NCBI GenBank assembly: GCA_017502135.1
Contig: JAFVVP010000004.1
Location: forward strand, 47,923 to 111,922
Source of the DNA: Clostridia bacterium
Lineage (GTDB): Bacteria > Bacillota > Clostridia > Oscillospirales > CAG-272
DNA: 64,000 nucleotides
Reading direction: 5' to 3'
Both the position numbers and the translations under genes were made by a program. Of this stretch, positions 37,085 to 46,203 are shown in pieces; position 1 is the stretch's first letter; each line of letters opens with the position of its first letter. The notes under the pieces were generated by a model. It searched no databases and was not told where the DNA came from. It saw only the letters and a program-made list of their open reading frames with translations.

Positions 37085-38404
37085 ATGGCTTTTTATCTTC
37101 GTGGTATACATACACCGCACAGAAAAAACACGATTAAGCAGCCCACGGTACGGATAAATTCTCCTGCGTTTGTAACGATTCCGATGACGATGCACATCGG
37201 CAAGCCTGCAATCCCTACGGTCAAGGTCGGGGATTTGGTTCAGATCGGTACGAAAATCGGCGAGGCTGACGGAAGAATTTCGTCAAATATCTATTCCAGC
37301 GTTTCCGGCAAGGTTACAAAACTCGTGGAATATCTCCAGTACAACGGTTCTGCAACCACGGCTGTGGTGATCGAATCCGACGGCGAGATGACGGTCGATC
37401 CCGCTATCTGCCCGCCTGCCGTTCACAATAGAGAAGATCTTATTGCAGCGCTTCGCGAGAGCGGCATCGTTGGACTCGGCGGTGCAGGGTTTCCCACGCA
37501 CGTAAAACTGGACGTGGAGCCGGAGCGCATTGAGCATCTCATCATAAACGGTGCCGAGTGCGAGCCGTACGTTACAAGCGACACGGTAACCATGCTGACG
37601 AGGGCTGACGATATGGCGTATGCTCTTCGAGAGCTCTATCGCTGTCTTGGGATAATAAACGTTGTGATTGCTATCGAAAACAACAAGAAGGAAGCAATCG
37701 CCGCCATGCGTGAGATGGCGGGGGCGGTAACCGAATGTAACGTGAGCGTGAAGTCTTTGCCGTCCGTATATCCCCAGGGCGGAGAAAAGGTACTCATCTA
37801 CCACACGACGGGACGAAAGGTGCTTGAGAATAAACTGCCTATCGACGTTGGCTGTGTCGTTCTCAACTGCACGACGCTCGCGGCGATCGGCGCGTACCTC
37901 AAGACCGGCATGCCGCTCGTTGAAAAATGCGTAACGGTGGACGGCGGCTCTGTAAAGAATCCGCAGAACGTGATCGTACCTATCGGTACTTCGATTGAGG
38001 ATCTGTTCAATTTCTGCGGCGGCTTAACCGAACAGCCTGCGAAGATTATCTACGGCGGGCCTATGATGGGAATCACGGTGCGCAATACCGATACGCCGGT
38101 GCTCAAAAACACCAACGCGATCCTTGCTTTGACTCCGAAGGAGGCAAAACTTCCCGAGCCTACTGCTTGCATCCGATGCGGTACCTGTACCAACACCTGC
38201 CCGTTCGGACTTGCTCCTGCCGCTATTGCTCTGGCGTATGAAAAGAAAGACATCGAAGCACTTAAGGCTTTGTCGGTAGGAACCTGTATGGAGTGCGGAT
38301 GCTGCAGCTTCGTTTGTCCTGCGAACCGTCCCTTGGTGCAGATGAACAAACTTTCAAAACAGCTTCTGAGAGAAGAACAGATGAAGGAGGCTAAGAAATC
38401 GTGA
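37085..38404 (+). CDS. rnfC: Rnf complex subunit C
   Basis: GLGGAGFPT, NGAECEPY, YPQGGEK, two CxxCxxCxxxCP motifs. Confidence 0.95.
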   Translation: MAFYLRGIHTPHRKNTIKQPTVRINSPAFVTIPMTMHIGKPAIPTVKVGDLVQIGTKIGEADGRISSNIYSSVSGKVTKLVEYLQYNGSATTAVVIESDGEMTVDPAICPPAVHNREDLIAALRESGIVGLGGAGFPTHVKLDVEPERIEHLIINGAECEPYVTSDTVTMLTRADDMAYALRELYRCLGIINVVIAIENNKKEAIAAMREMAGAVTECNVSVKSLPSVYPQGGEKVLIYHTTGRKVLENKLPIDVGCVVLNCTTLAAIGAYLKTGMPLVEKCVTVDGGSVKNPQNVIVPIGTSIEDLFNFCGGLTEQPAKIIYGGPMMGITVRNTDTPVLKNTNAILALTPKEAKLPEPTACIRCGTCTNTCPFGLAPAAIALAYEKKDIEALKALSVGTCMECGCCSFVCPANRPLVQMNKLSKQLLREEQMKEAKKS

Positions 38405-39321
38405 GCGCTTTAACGAAAGTAATGGTTTCTCCCCATATTCACAGCGGCCGCTCGACCGCCGGAATCATGCGGGACGTACTTATAGCCCTTCTTCCCGCAA
38501 CGGTCGCCGGTGCCGTGATCTTCGGCTGGCGTGCGCTTTTGCCTGTTTTCTTTTGTGTGGTCTCCTCCGTTCTCTTTGAGGCGCTTTTTAATCTCATCAC
38601 GAAGAAAAAGCAGACGGTGGGCGATCTTTCCGCGGCTGTTACCGGCTTGCTTCTTGCTTTGAATTTGCCTGTGACTGTTCCGCTTTGGCAGTGTATCGTC
38701 GGTTCCTTGTTTGCGATCATCGTGGTGAAATGCCTGTTTGGAGGTATCGGCAACAACCTTGTAAACCCCGCCATTACCGCGCGCGTATTTATGCTGGTCG
38801 CCTTTGAATCGCTGGCTGTAGCGGCATTTCCCCTTGATGCAGTGGCGGGCGCGACGCCTCTTTCGGCGGACAAGATGCCCTCGCTTATGACGATGTTCCT
38901 GGGTAATTACGGCGGTGCGATCGGCGAAACCTGCACGGCGGCTTTGCTTCTCGGCGGTCTTTACCTGCTCGTTCGCCGTGTGATCACCTGGCACATCCCG
39001 ACGGTGTTCATCGGTACGGTGTTTGCATTTTCTTTCTTCATGGAAGGCTTTGACGCGGTGGCTGCATTGTCGTTCGTTATGGCGGGCGGTGTGTGCATCG
39101 GCGCGATCTTTATGGCGACGGATTACGTTACCTCTCCCTCGACGGGCCGGGGTAAGGTGCTGTTCGGTCTCGGATGCGGATTACTTACCTGTCTCATGCG
39201 CTATTACAGCGTATATCCCGAAGGCGTTTCCTTCGCGATTTTGCTTATGAACATACTCACTCCGTACATTGATCGCTGGACGAAACATAAAGTGTTTGCA
39301 AAAGGAGAGGGCAAAGCATGA
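38401..39321 (+). CDS. rnfD: Rnf complex subunit D
   Basis: SPHIH, FGGIGNN, AGATPL (FMN site), FMATD. Confidence 0.95.
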   Translation: MSALTKVMVSPHIHSGRSTAGIMRDVLIALLPATVAGAVIFGWRALLPVFFCVVSSVLFEALFNLITKKKQTVGDLSAAVTGLLLALNLPVTVPLWQCIVGSLFAIIVVKCLFGGIGNNLVNPAITARVFMLVAFESLAVAAFPLDAVAGATPLSADKMPSLMTMFLGNYGGAIGETCTAALLLGGLYLLVRRVITWHIPTVFIGTVFAFSFFMEGFDAVAALSFVMAGGVCIGAIFMATDYVTSPSTGRGKVLFGLGCGLLTCLMRYYSVYPEGVSFAILLMNILTPYIDRWTKHKVFAKGEGKA

Positions 39322-40493
39322 AACAAAACATAAGAAACCTTTCCGTGTTCGTCTGTATCTGCACGGTGATCACGCTCCTTCTGGCATTTACCAACTCGCT
39401 GACCGCTCCCATTATAGAGCAAAACCAAAATGCCGCCGCAAATAAGGCGCTTCTTGAGGTAATGCCCGAGGGGCAAGGCTTTGAGACGGTTCTCTTGGAA
39501 GAATACACGCTCCCCACTACCGTATCCGAGGTTTACAGAGAAACCTCCGGCCTCGGCTACGTGGTGAAGCTTATCACCTCCGGTTACGGCACCGATATGG
39601 TCATCATGTGCGGCGTTGACACTAAGGGGATCGTTACCGGTGCTGTATGCCTTTCCTCGAACGAAACGCTCGCGAAAGAAAAGACGTACGGTGAAAACTT
39701 TACGGATAAAGATGCGGCCGGTGTGGATGCAGTCGATACGATCGGCGGCGCTACGAAAACGACTGCCGCCTACAAAAACGCAGTCAAGGATGCGCTTAGT
39801 ACCGCGATCATTCTCGGCGGCGGCTCTGTCGACATCCGTACGGAGGAGGAAATCCTCGCTGACAATCTGGCGGCGGCTCTGCCGGCAGGTGAGGCAAAAT
39901 TTGAAAAGCTTTTCCGCGTGGAGCTTATCGAAAACGTCGATGCCATTTACGCCGCTGAAAACGGGGCAGGGTACGTCTTCGTTATCGGTGAGACGTTCGT
40001 CGGTGTTCTGGCTGACGGTACGGTTGTTACCGAAGGCATCGACAACGCAGAGATGATCACCGCGGCGGTCACCCTCATTCAGTCGAGTACCGTGGAGGAT
40101 ATCGCTCTCTCTGCTTACACCGATCTTACCAAAACGGTTGTCTCTGCGAAGAAGACGGCCACCGGCAACTTCATCGTGGAAACGAAGGGCGCCGGCTACG
40201 GCATCAAAGGCGGTAATGAATATCATCCCGCATCGGGTGAATATATCATCGTACGCGTTTCGATGACGCCCGATTACAGGATCATCGACTGCCTCACCGT
40301 TTTTGAAGCGGAAACGGACGGTCTTGGCGATGCGTGCGCTGACGAAAGTTTCTACGGTCAGTTCGTCGGTAAGACGGAAGCAAATTATACCGAGATTGAT
40401 GCAATCAGCGGAGCCACGATGACGACTGACGGCTACAAACAGGCGATTGAACGTGCCTTTGCGGCTGTGAAAATCCTGAAAGGAGGAGAATGA
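39318..40493 (+). CDS. rnfG: Rnf complex subunit G with two FMN-binding domains
   Basis: 391 aa; N-terminal TM; DTIGGATKT and DAISGATMT motifs. Confidence 0.88.
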   Translation: MKQNIRNLSVFVCICTVITLLLAFTNSLTAPIIEQNQNAAANKALLEVMPEGQGFETVLLEEYTLPTTVSEVYRETSGLGYVVKLITSGYGTDMVIMCGVDTKGIVTGAVCLSSNETLAKEKTYGENFTDKDAAGVDAVDTIGGATKTTAAYKNAVKDALSTAIILGGGSVDIRTEEEILADNLAAALPAGEAKFEKLFRVELIENVDAIYAAENGAGYVFVIGETFVGVLADGTVVTEGIDNAEMITAAVTLIQSSTVEDIALSAYTDLTKTVVSAKKTATGNFIVETKGAGYGIKGGNEYHPASGEYIIVRVSMTPDYRIIDCLTVFEAETDGLGDACADESFYGQFVGKTEANYTEIDAISGATMTTDGYKQAIERAFAAVKILKGGE

Positions 40494-41185
40494 GCGTGAA
40501 GGAAAAAAACTCGCTTTCCGTTTTAACGAACGGAATTCTTAAAGAAAACCCTGTGCTGGTGCTCATTCTCGGCACCTGTCCCACCCTGGCTACGACGACC
40601 ACGGTTACCGGCGCTTTGGGCATGGGGATCGCGGCGCTCCTCGTTCTCCTTTGCTCCAACGTGTTCATTTCGCTTCTCCGTAAAATTATCCCCGAAACGA
40701 TGCGTATCCCGTGCTACATCGTCATCATTGCGGGATTTGTAACGATCGTAAAAATGTTTGTACAGGCGTATTTTCCCGGCCTTTATGAAACGCTCGGTGT
40801 TTACCTCGATCTTATAACGGTAAACTGCATCATTCTCGGCCGTGCCGAAATGTTTGCCGGCAAAAATACCGTTTTGAAATCTGCACTTGACGGCATCGGT
40901 ATGGGCCTCGGCTTCACCCTGGCTCTCGGTGCGATGGCTACCGTCCGTGAGGTTATCGGTGCCGGTACGTTTGCGGGTATGGCGATTCCCTTTATGGAGG
41001 AATACAAGATCGCGTTTATGGCGAAAGCGCCCGGCGGACTCCTTGTCTACGGACTTTTGATTGCGCTTGTGTACGCGATCACCAAGGGCAAATTCCCCAA
41101 AAAGACGACGTTCTCCTGTGAGGGATGCTCGCACAGAGACACCTGCCAGATTGAAACCTGCACGAAGAAGGGGGCTGAATGTTAA
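40490..41185 (+). CDS. rnfE: Rnf complex subunit E
   Basis: ENPVLV, GTCPTLA, TVNCIILGRAE. Confidence 0.95.
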   Translation: MSVKEKNSLSVLTNGILKENPVLVLILGTCPTLATTTTVTGALGMGIAALLVLLCSNVFISLLRKIIPETMRIPCYIVIIAGFVTIVKMFVQAYFPGLYETLGVYLDLITVNCIILGRAEMFAGKNTVLKSALDGIGMGLGFTLALGAMATVREVIGAGTFAGMAIPFMEEYKIAFMAKAPGGLLVYGLLIALVYAITKGKFPKKTTFSCEGCSHRDTCQIETCTKKGAEC

Positions 41186-41784
41186 TGGAGCAATTGAAAC
41201 TTCTTATCGTTATTCTGCTTTCCGCTGTTTTTGTAGATAACTACGTGCTCTGCCGTTTTCTCGGCATCTGTCCGTTTCTGGGCGTCTCGAAGAAGCTTGA
41301 TCAGGCAACAGGTATGGGACTTGCCGTTACGTTTGTCATGCTCCTCGCCGCGGCTGTAACCTGGCCGATTCAGCATTTCGTTCTCGATGCGCTCGATATG
41401 GGATATCTTCAGAATATCGTTTTTATTCTGATTATCGCAACGCTCGTGCAGATTCTCGAGATGCTTCTTAAAAAACTCTCGCCCGCCCTCTATAAAGGAC
41501 TCGGCGTGTATCTCCCCCTTATTACTACGAACTGCGCGGTTCTCGGCGTTACGATCAACAATATCATTGACGGCTATTCCTTTATCGAATCCATGGTAAG
41601 CACGCTTGGATGCGGACTTGGGTTCCTTCTTGCCATGGTACTGTTCTCCGGCCTTCGTTCCCGCATCAACGAAGCGAACATCCCCGCGCCTTTCCGCGGA
41701 CTCGCAGTTACTCTTATTGCCGCTTCCTTTATATCCCTTGCGTTTATGGGATTTGCCGGCATCGTTGAAAATCTTTTCGCATAA
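41179..41784 (+). CDS. rnfA: Rnf complex subunit A
   Basis: FLGICPFLG, LPLITTNCAVLG. Confidence 0.95.
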   Translation: MLMEQLKLLIVILLSAVFVDNYVLCRFLGICPFLGVSKKLDQATGMGLAVTFVMLLAAAVTWPIQHFVLDALDMGYLQNIVFILIIATLVQILEMLLKKLSPALYKGLGVYLPLITTNCAVLGVTINNIIDGYSFIESMVSTLGCGLGFLLAMVLFSGLRSRINEANIPAPFRGLAVTLIAASFISLAFMGFAGIVENLFA

Positions 41785-41800
41785 TTACGGGAGGTTGTAG

Positions 41801-42643
41801 ATGGAAATTTTAATTGCATTTCTTTTTATGCTTGCCGTAGCGCTTCTGGCAGGAATTTTGCTCATCGTTTTCTCCCGCCTTTTTGCGGTGGAGAAAAATC
41901 CTCTGGAAAAAAGGATCAGAGAATGTCTGCCGGGCATTAACTGCGGTGCCTGCGGTTACAAGGGCTGTGACGACTACGCCGCTGCATTGGCGGAAGATGG
42001 CGCAAAACCAAGTCTGTGTGTCCCGGGAACGCAAAAGGTCGCCGATGAGATCAGCGACTTGCTTGGCATCGAGAAAGTGCAGGTAGAGGATGTAGTTGCA
42101 TTCGTTGCCTGTAACGGACATCCCGGCGTTACTTCCCGTATGGCGGAGTATGAGGGCGTTATGACGTGCCGCGCCGCGTCCATGCTTTTCGGCGGTCCCA
42201 ATTCCTGTCGCTTCGGCTGTCTTGGCCTCGGTGATTGCGCGGCTGCCTGCCCGTCGGATGCGATCTGCATGGTTGGCGGTATCGCACACGTGGATACCTC
42301 CCGCTGTCTGGGATGCGGCTTGTGTGCCCGGACTTGCCCCAAAAAGATCATCAAGATGCTCCCGCAACAGGCGGCAGCCGCCGTGGTATGCAGCAATACC
42401 GAGAGCGGCGCACTTGCACGCAAAGCTTGTAAGAATTCTTGCATCGGCTGTAAAAAGTGCGAAAAAGCGTGTCCGTCAGGCGCAATCAAGATTAAGGATA
42501 ATCTTGCTGTAATTGATTATAATATCTGTACGTACTGCGGCTTTTGCATAAGCCAGTGTCCGACCGGCTGCCTTAAGAAAGTGTTCTTCCCCGATCTGCC
42601 GGAGGACTGCGATGTTAAAGAACTCACGGAGGATTATGAATAA
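41801..42643 (+). CDS. rnfB: Rnf complex subunit B (polyferredoxin)
   Basis: LPGINCGACGYKGC and multiple CxxCxxCxxxCP motifs. Confidence 0.95.
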   Translation: MEILIAFLFMLAVALLAGILLIVFSRLFAVEKNPLEKRIRECLPGINCGACGYKGCDDYAAALAEDGAKPSLCVPGTQKVADEISDLLGIEKVQVEDVVAFVACNGHPGVTSRMAEYEGVMTCRAASMLFGGPNSCRFGCLGLGDCAAACPSDAICMVGGIAHVDTSRCLGCGLCARTCPKKIIKMLPQQAAAAVVCSNTESGALARKACKNSCIGCKKCEKACPSGAIKIKDNLAVIDYNICTYCGFCISQCPTGCLKKVFFPDLPEDCDVKELTEDYE

Positions 42644-43022
42644 ACAGAACCGTATCAGAAACGATGTACTTCTTGTAGCAGTTCTCCTTTTGCTGTGTGC
42701 TGTCGGGATTTTGTATCTGTTTGTGTTCCGCGAGGGCGGTGACACCGTTCGTGTTACCGTGGACGGCGAGCTGTACGGCGTCTATTCTTTACATGAGGAC
42801 TTTACCGAAGAGATACGAACCGGTGAGGATGACGGCCAATTCAATCGGCTGATTATACAGGATGGGCGTGCGTTTGTCGAAAGTGCGTCTTGTCCCGACG
42901 GAATCTGCGTGGGGCATCGGCCGATCTTCCGCAACGGAGAAAGCATCGTCTGCCTCCCGCACGGCGTAGTGATTACGGTGTTTACCGATAACGACAAATA
43001 CGCTCCCGATATCGTGGCGTAG
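42636..43022 (+). CDS. NusG domain II-containing membrane-anchored protein (EetA-like)
   Basis: N-terminal TM, ASCPDGICV, IVCLPH. Confidence 0.85.
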   Translation: MNKQNRIRNDVLLVAVLLLLCAVGILYLFVFREGGDTVRVTVDGELYGVYSLHEDFTEEIRTGEDDGQFNRLIIQDGRAFVESASCPDGICVGHRPIFRNGESIVCLPHGVVITVFTDNDKYAPDIVA

Positions 43023-43033
43023 AAAGGTTTTGT

Positions 43034-43537
43034 ATGAGGGAAAAATCCAAAAACGTTGCCTTTCTCGGTGTGTGTACAGCCCTGGCTCTGATACTCGCAT
43101 ACGTTGAGATACTTATCCAGCCGCTGATTCCTTCGATACCGGGAATCAAAATGGGTCTGCCAAACGTCATCATCGTCTTTCTGCTTTACCGGCGCTCTGC
43201 CGCATCTGCCATAGGAGTCTCCTTTTTACGCATCCTTTTAGTAAGCCTTCTTTTCGGCAATATGATGGCTCTTGCATACAGTTTGGCGGGCGCTGCCCTC
43301 AGCCTTCTTTTTATGATCGTCCTTCGCCGTCTGAATCTGCTTTCGCCGGTGGGCGTCAGCATAGCCGGCGGCGTGATGCACAACGTCGGACAGATTATGA
43401 TGGCGGTCCTTCTTCTCAAAACGGTTGAACTTTCGTATTACCTCGTGGTTCTGACCGTTACGGGTACGATAGCCGGTATTCTCGTTGGACTTTGCGGATC
43501 TCTTCTCGTGCGGAAAATACCTGAAAAACTGTTTTGA
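43034..43537 (+). CDS. Gx transporter family protein (EetB-like)
   Basis: ALILAYVE, PGIKMGLPN, HNVGQ. Confidence 0.88.
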   Translation: MREKSKNVAFLGVCTALALILAYVEILIQPLIPSIPGIKMGLPNVIIVFLLYRRSAASAIGVSFLRILLVSLLFGNMMALAYSLAGAALSLLFMIVLRRLNLLSPVGVSIAGGVMHNVGQIMMAVLLLKTVELSYYLVVLTVTGTIAGILVGLCGSLLVRKIPEKLF

Positions 43538-43569
43538 CGCATAGATTGTTTGGCGATCATAAAAAACGA

Positions 43570-43598
43570 TTGACAGGCAAATAACGGTATGGTACAAT
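43570..43598 (+). promoter_or_regulatory. sigmaA-type promoter of the lipoprotein gene
   Basis: TTGACA-17 bp-TACAAT with TG extension. Confidence 0.7.
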
Positions 43599-43642
43599 AA
43601 AATTGTAAACCTAACAAGATAAAACTCTTTAAGGAGAAATTT

Positions 43643-44611
43643 ATGAAAAAGATTCTGATTCTTGCTCTTTCTGTTCTCATGGTAATCCCCGTACTTTTCA
43701 TTGGCTGTGATAAGGCTGAGCCAACCGTTAAGTTTGGCGCAGGCGTATACACGAGCACGCTCACCGTTACCGACGCTACGGAAGACAAAAACGGTGCAGG
43801 AAAAATCGACGTTACCGTTGCCGCTCTTACGGTGGACGCAGACGGAAAGATCGCTGCTTGTGCACTGGATACGATCAGTTATACGACGGAGTATACGGCA
43901 GACGGCAAGGCTGTTGCCGGTGAATTCAAGACCAAGTACGAACAGGGTGCCGGCTACAACATGGTAGCATACGGCGGTGCTAAGAAGGAGTGGTTTGAGC
44001 AGGCAGATGCGTTTGAGACTGTCGTTGCCGGCAAGACTCTTGACGAAGTAAAGGCGCTCGTTGCAGATGCTAACAAGGGCACGGAGGAAGTAATGACCGC
44101 CGGCTGTACCATCATGATCCATGAATTCGTTGGTGCTATCGAAAAGGCTTACAACGCAGCAGGTGCTGAGGTCAGCGCGGATGCAGCTTTGAAGGTTAAC
44201 GTTGCCACCGAGCAGACCTTGACCGATGCTACTGATGAGAAAGACGGCTCGAACAAAATCGCATGCTACTCCTTTGCCGCAGCGGTTGATGCGGACGGTA
44301 AGGTGCTTGCCGCATCCAGCGACTGCGTAGAGGTATCCTTCACGTTTACCGCAAAGGGTGTCGCAACCCTTGATACCGCGAAGACGGTTCTCTCGAAGAA
44401 AGAGCAGGGTGCTTCCTACGGTATGGTAGCATACGGCGGTGCCAAGAAAGAATGGTTCGAGCAGGCTGCTGCTTTTGACGCTGCTTGCATCGGCAAGACC
44501 ACCGAAGAGATCGCCGGCCTCCTTGGCGCAGACGGCAAGGGTGTGGAAGATCTCCAGACTGCAGGCTGCACGATCTACGTAACCGGTTTCGTGAGGGCTG
44601 CTGCGAAGTAA
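43643..44611 (+). CDS. Lipoprotein with two repeated FMN-binding-like domains
   Basis: Lipobox FIGC; duplicated EQGAxYxMVAYGGAKKEWFEQA...GKT...TAGCTI units; adjacent to apbE. Confidence 0.75.
   Translation: MKKILILALSVLMVIPVLFIGCDKAEPTVKFGAGVYTSTLTVTDATEDKNGAGKIDVTVAALTVDADGKIAACALDTISYTTEYTADGKAVAGEFKTKYEQGAGYNMVAYGGAKKEWFEQADAFETVVAGKTLDEVKALVADANKGTEEVMTAGCTIMIHEFVGAIEKAYNAAGAEVSADAALKVNVATEQTLTDATDEKDGSNKIACYSFAAAVDADGKVLAASSDCVEVSFTFTAKGVATLDTAKTVLSKKEQGASYGMVAYGGAKKEWFEQAAAFDAACIGKTTEEIAGLLGADGKGVEDLQTAGCTIYVTGFVRAAAK
43961..44467 (+). repeat. Intragenic direct repeat (about 45 bp cores at 43961 and 44423)
   Basis: ATGGTAGCATACGGCGGTGCyAAGAArGArTGGTTyGAGCAGGC occurs twice. Confidence 0.85.
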
Positions 44612-44634
44612 TAACGATACTAAACAAATACAGT

Positions 44635-44666
44635 AACAAAAAAGGAGACTCGTCTCCTTTTTTGTT
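44635..44666 (+). terminator. Rho-independent terminator
   Basis: AACAAAAAAGGAGAC-TC-GTCTCCTTTTTTGTT. Confidence 0.75.
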
Positions 44667-44678
44667 TAAATGGGATAT

Positions 44679-45731
44679 ATGAAACAACGAATTTACTCTA
44701 TAGCGCTTTCTGTTTGTTTGCTGCTTTGCGCCATGCTTTCTTCCTGTGCTTCCGAACCGCAAAAAAACAAGTATTCTGCGTATTCTATGGACTATTTCGA
44801 TACGGTAATTACCATCGTCGGATATGAGTATACCGAGGAAGAATTTGATGCAGTAGCAGAAGGGATCCTCGCCGAGTTTGAGGAGTATCACAGACTGTAT
44901 ACCATTTACCACCGTTTTGACGGCCTTGAAAATCTCCGCACGATAAACGACCTGGTTGACGGCGCGCATCGCACCGTAACGGTTGATCGGCGAATTATCG
45001 ATTTGCTTTTGTATGCAAGAGAGATGTACGACTTCACAGACGGTACTGTGAACGTCGCTATGGGCAGCGTGCTTTCGTTGTGGCACGATTACCGTGTCCT
45101 TGGCGCTGATCCCGCTACTGCCGCTTTGCCGCCTATGGAGAGGCTTGCGGCCGCCGCAAAGCATACGGATATAACGAAGATGATCATCGACGAGGAAAAC
45201 TGTACCGTTACGCTGACAGACCCGCTTATGAAGTTGGACGTTGGCGCTATTGCCAAAGGCTATGCTACGGAATGTGTCGCGCGCTCCCTTGAGGAGCGAG
45301 GGGTCACGGGTTATATCCTCAACGTTGGCGGCAATATCCGCGCCATCGGCGCAAAGCCGGACGGCAGCCTTTGGAGCGTAGGGATAGAAAATCCAAGCGG
45401 GGAAGAGTACCTCGCGTATCTTGAACTGAACGGTGAGTCCGTGGTAACGAGCGGTTCGTATCAGCGGTATTACTATGTGGACGGTAAGCCGTATCACCAC
45501 ATTATTCACCCGGATACACTGATGCCCGCCGAGGGCTTCATCTCCGTTTCGGTGGTGTGTGAAGATTCCGGTTTCGGAGATGCGCTCTCAACCGCACTGT
45601 TCTGTTTGTCCTTGGAGGAGGGCTTGGCGTTGGTAGAGTCCACCCCCGAGCTTGAAGCGATGTGGATGAGCGAAGACGGCACGAAAACCGTTTCCTCCGG
45701 TTGGAATGACTTCTTGAAAAATAAAGGATGA
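44679..45731 (+). CDS. apbE: FAD:protein FMN transferase (ApbE/FmnB)
   Basis: Lipoprotein; DVGAIAKGY, GGNI, TSGSYQR, HHIIHP, DALSTA. Confidence 0.93.
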   Translation: MKQRIYSIALSVCLLLCAMLSSCASEPQKNKYSAYSMDYFDTVITIVGYEYTEEEFDAVAEGILAEFEEYHRLYTIYHRFDGLENLRTINDLVDGAHRTVTVDRRIIDLLLYAREMYDFTDGTVNVAMGSVLSLWHDYRVLGADPATAALPPMERLAAAAKHTDITKMIIDEENCTVTLTDPLMKLDVGAIAKGYATECVARSLEERGVTGYILNVGGNIRAIGAKPDGSLWSVGIENPSGEEYLAYLELNGESVVTSGSYQRYYYVDGKPYHHIIHPDTLMPAEGFISVSVVCEDSGFGDALSTALFCLSLEEGLALVESTPELEAMWMSEDGTKTVSSGWNDFLKNKG

Positions 45732-45735
45732 TATT

Positions 45736-46128
45736 ATGATAGAAACATTGCTTACACAGTATAAGGATGCTCTTTATATTTTGGCAGAGATCGCGGCCAG
45801 CACGCTGGAACTGATTGGCGTTCTCATCATCATTATCGGCTCTTTTCGTGCACTTGTGCGTCTTATCAAATGCCTCGTGAGAAAGCTCCCCTTCCACGTA
45901 GTGGTTGATCTCGGTAAAGCTTTGTCTTTGGCACTTGAATTCAAGATGGGCGCCGAGATCATAAAGACGGTTATCATTCATAATCTTGAAGAACTTGCAA
46001 TACTTGGCGTGGTGATCATCATTCGCGCACTGCTCGCTTTTATCGTTCACTGGGAAATCCGAACGGAGCAAAGAGAAAGAGCCCTTAATCTCGCCAAAGA
46101 ACCCGGGTCTTTCCCTGAAGAAAAATAA
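45736..46128 (+). CDS. DUF1622 family membrane protein
   Basis: LGKALSLALEFKMGAEIIKTV...HWEI. Confidence 0.8.
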   Translation: MIETLLTQYKDALYILAEIAASTLELIGVLIIIIGSFRALVRLIKCLVRKLPFHVVVDLGKALSLALEFKMGAEIIKTVIIHNLEELAILGVVIIIRALLAFIVHWEIRTEQRERALNLAKEPGSFPEEK

Positions 46129-46130
46129 AG

Positions 46131-46166
46131 AAAAAGCCTTGGAATGAAACGATTCCAAGGCTTTTT
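46131..46166. terminator. Bidirectional terminator
   Basis: AAAAAGCCTTGGAAT...ATTCCAAGGCTTTTT. Confidence 0.85.
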
Positions 46167-46203
46167 ATGTTGATGGCATACTATCGAAAGTGCACTCTGT
46201 ATT

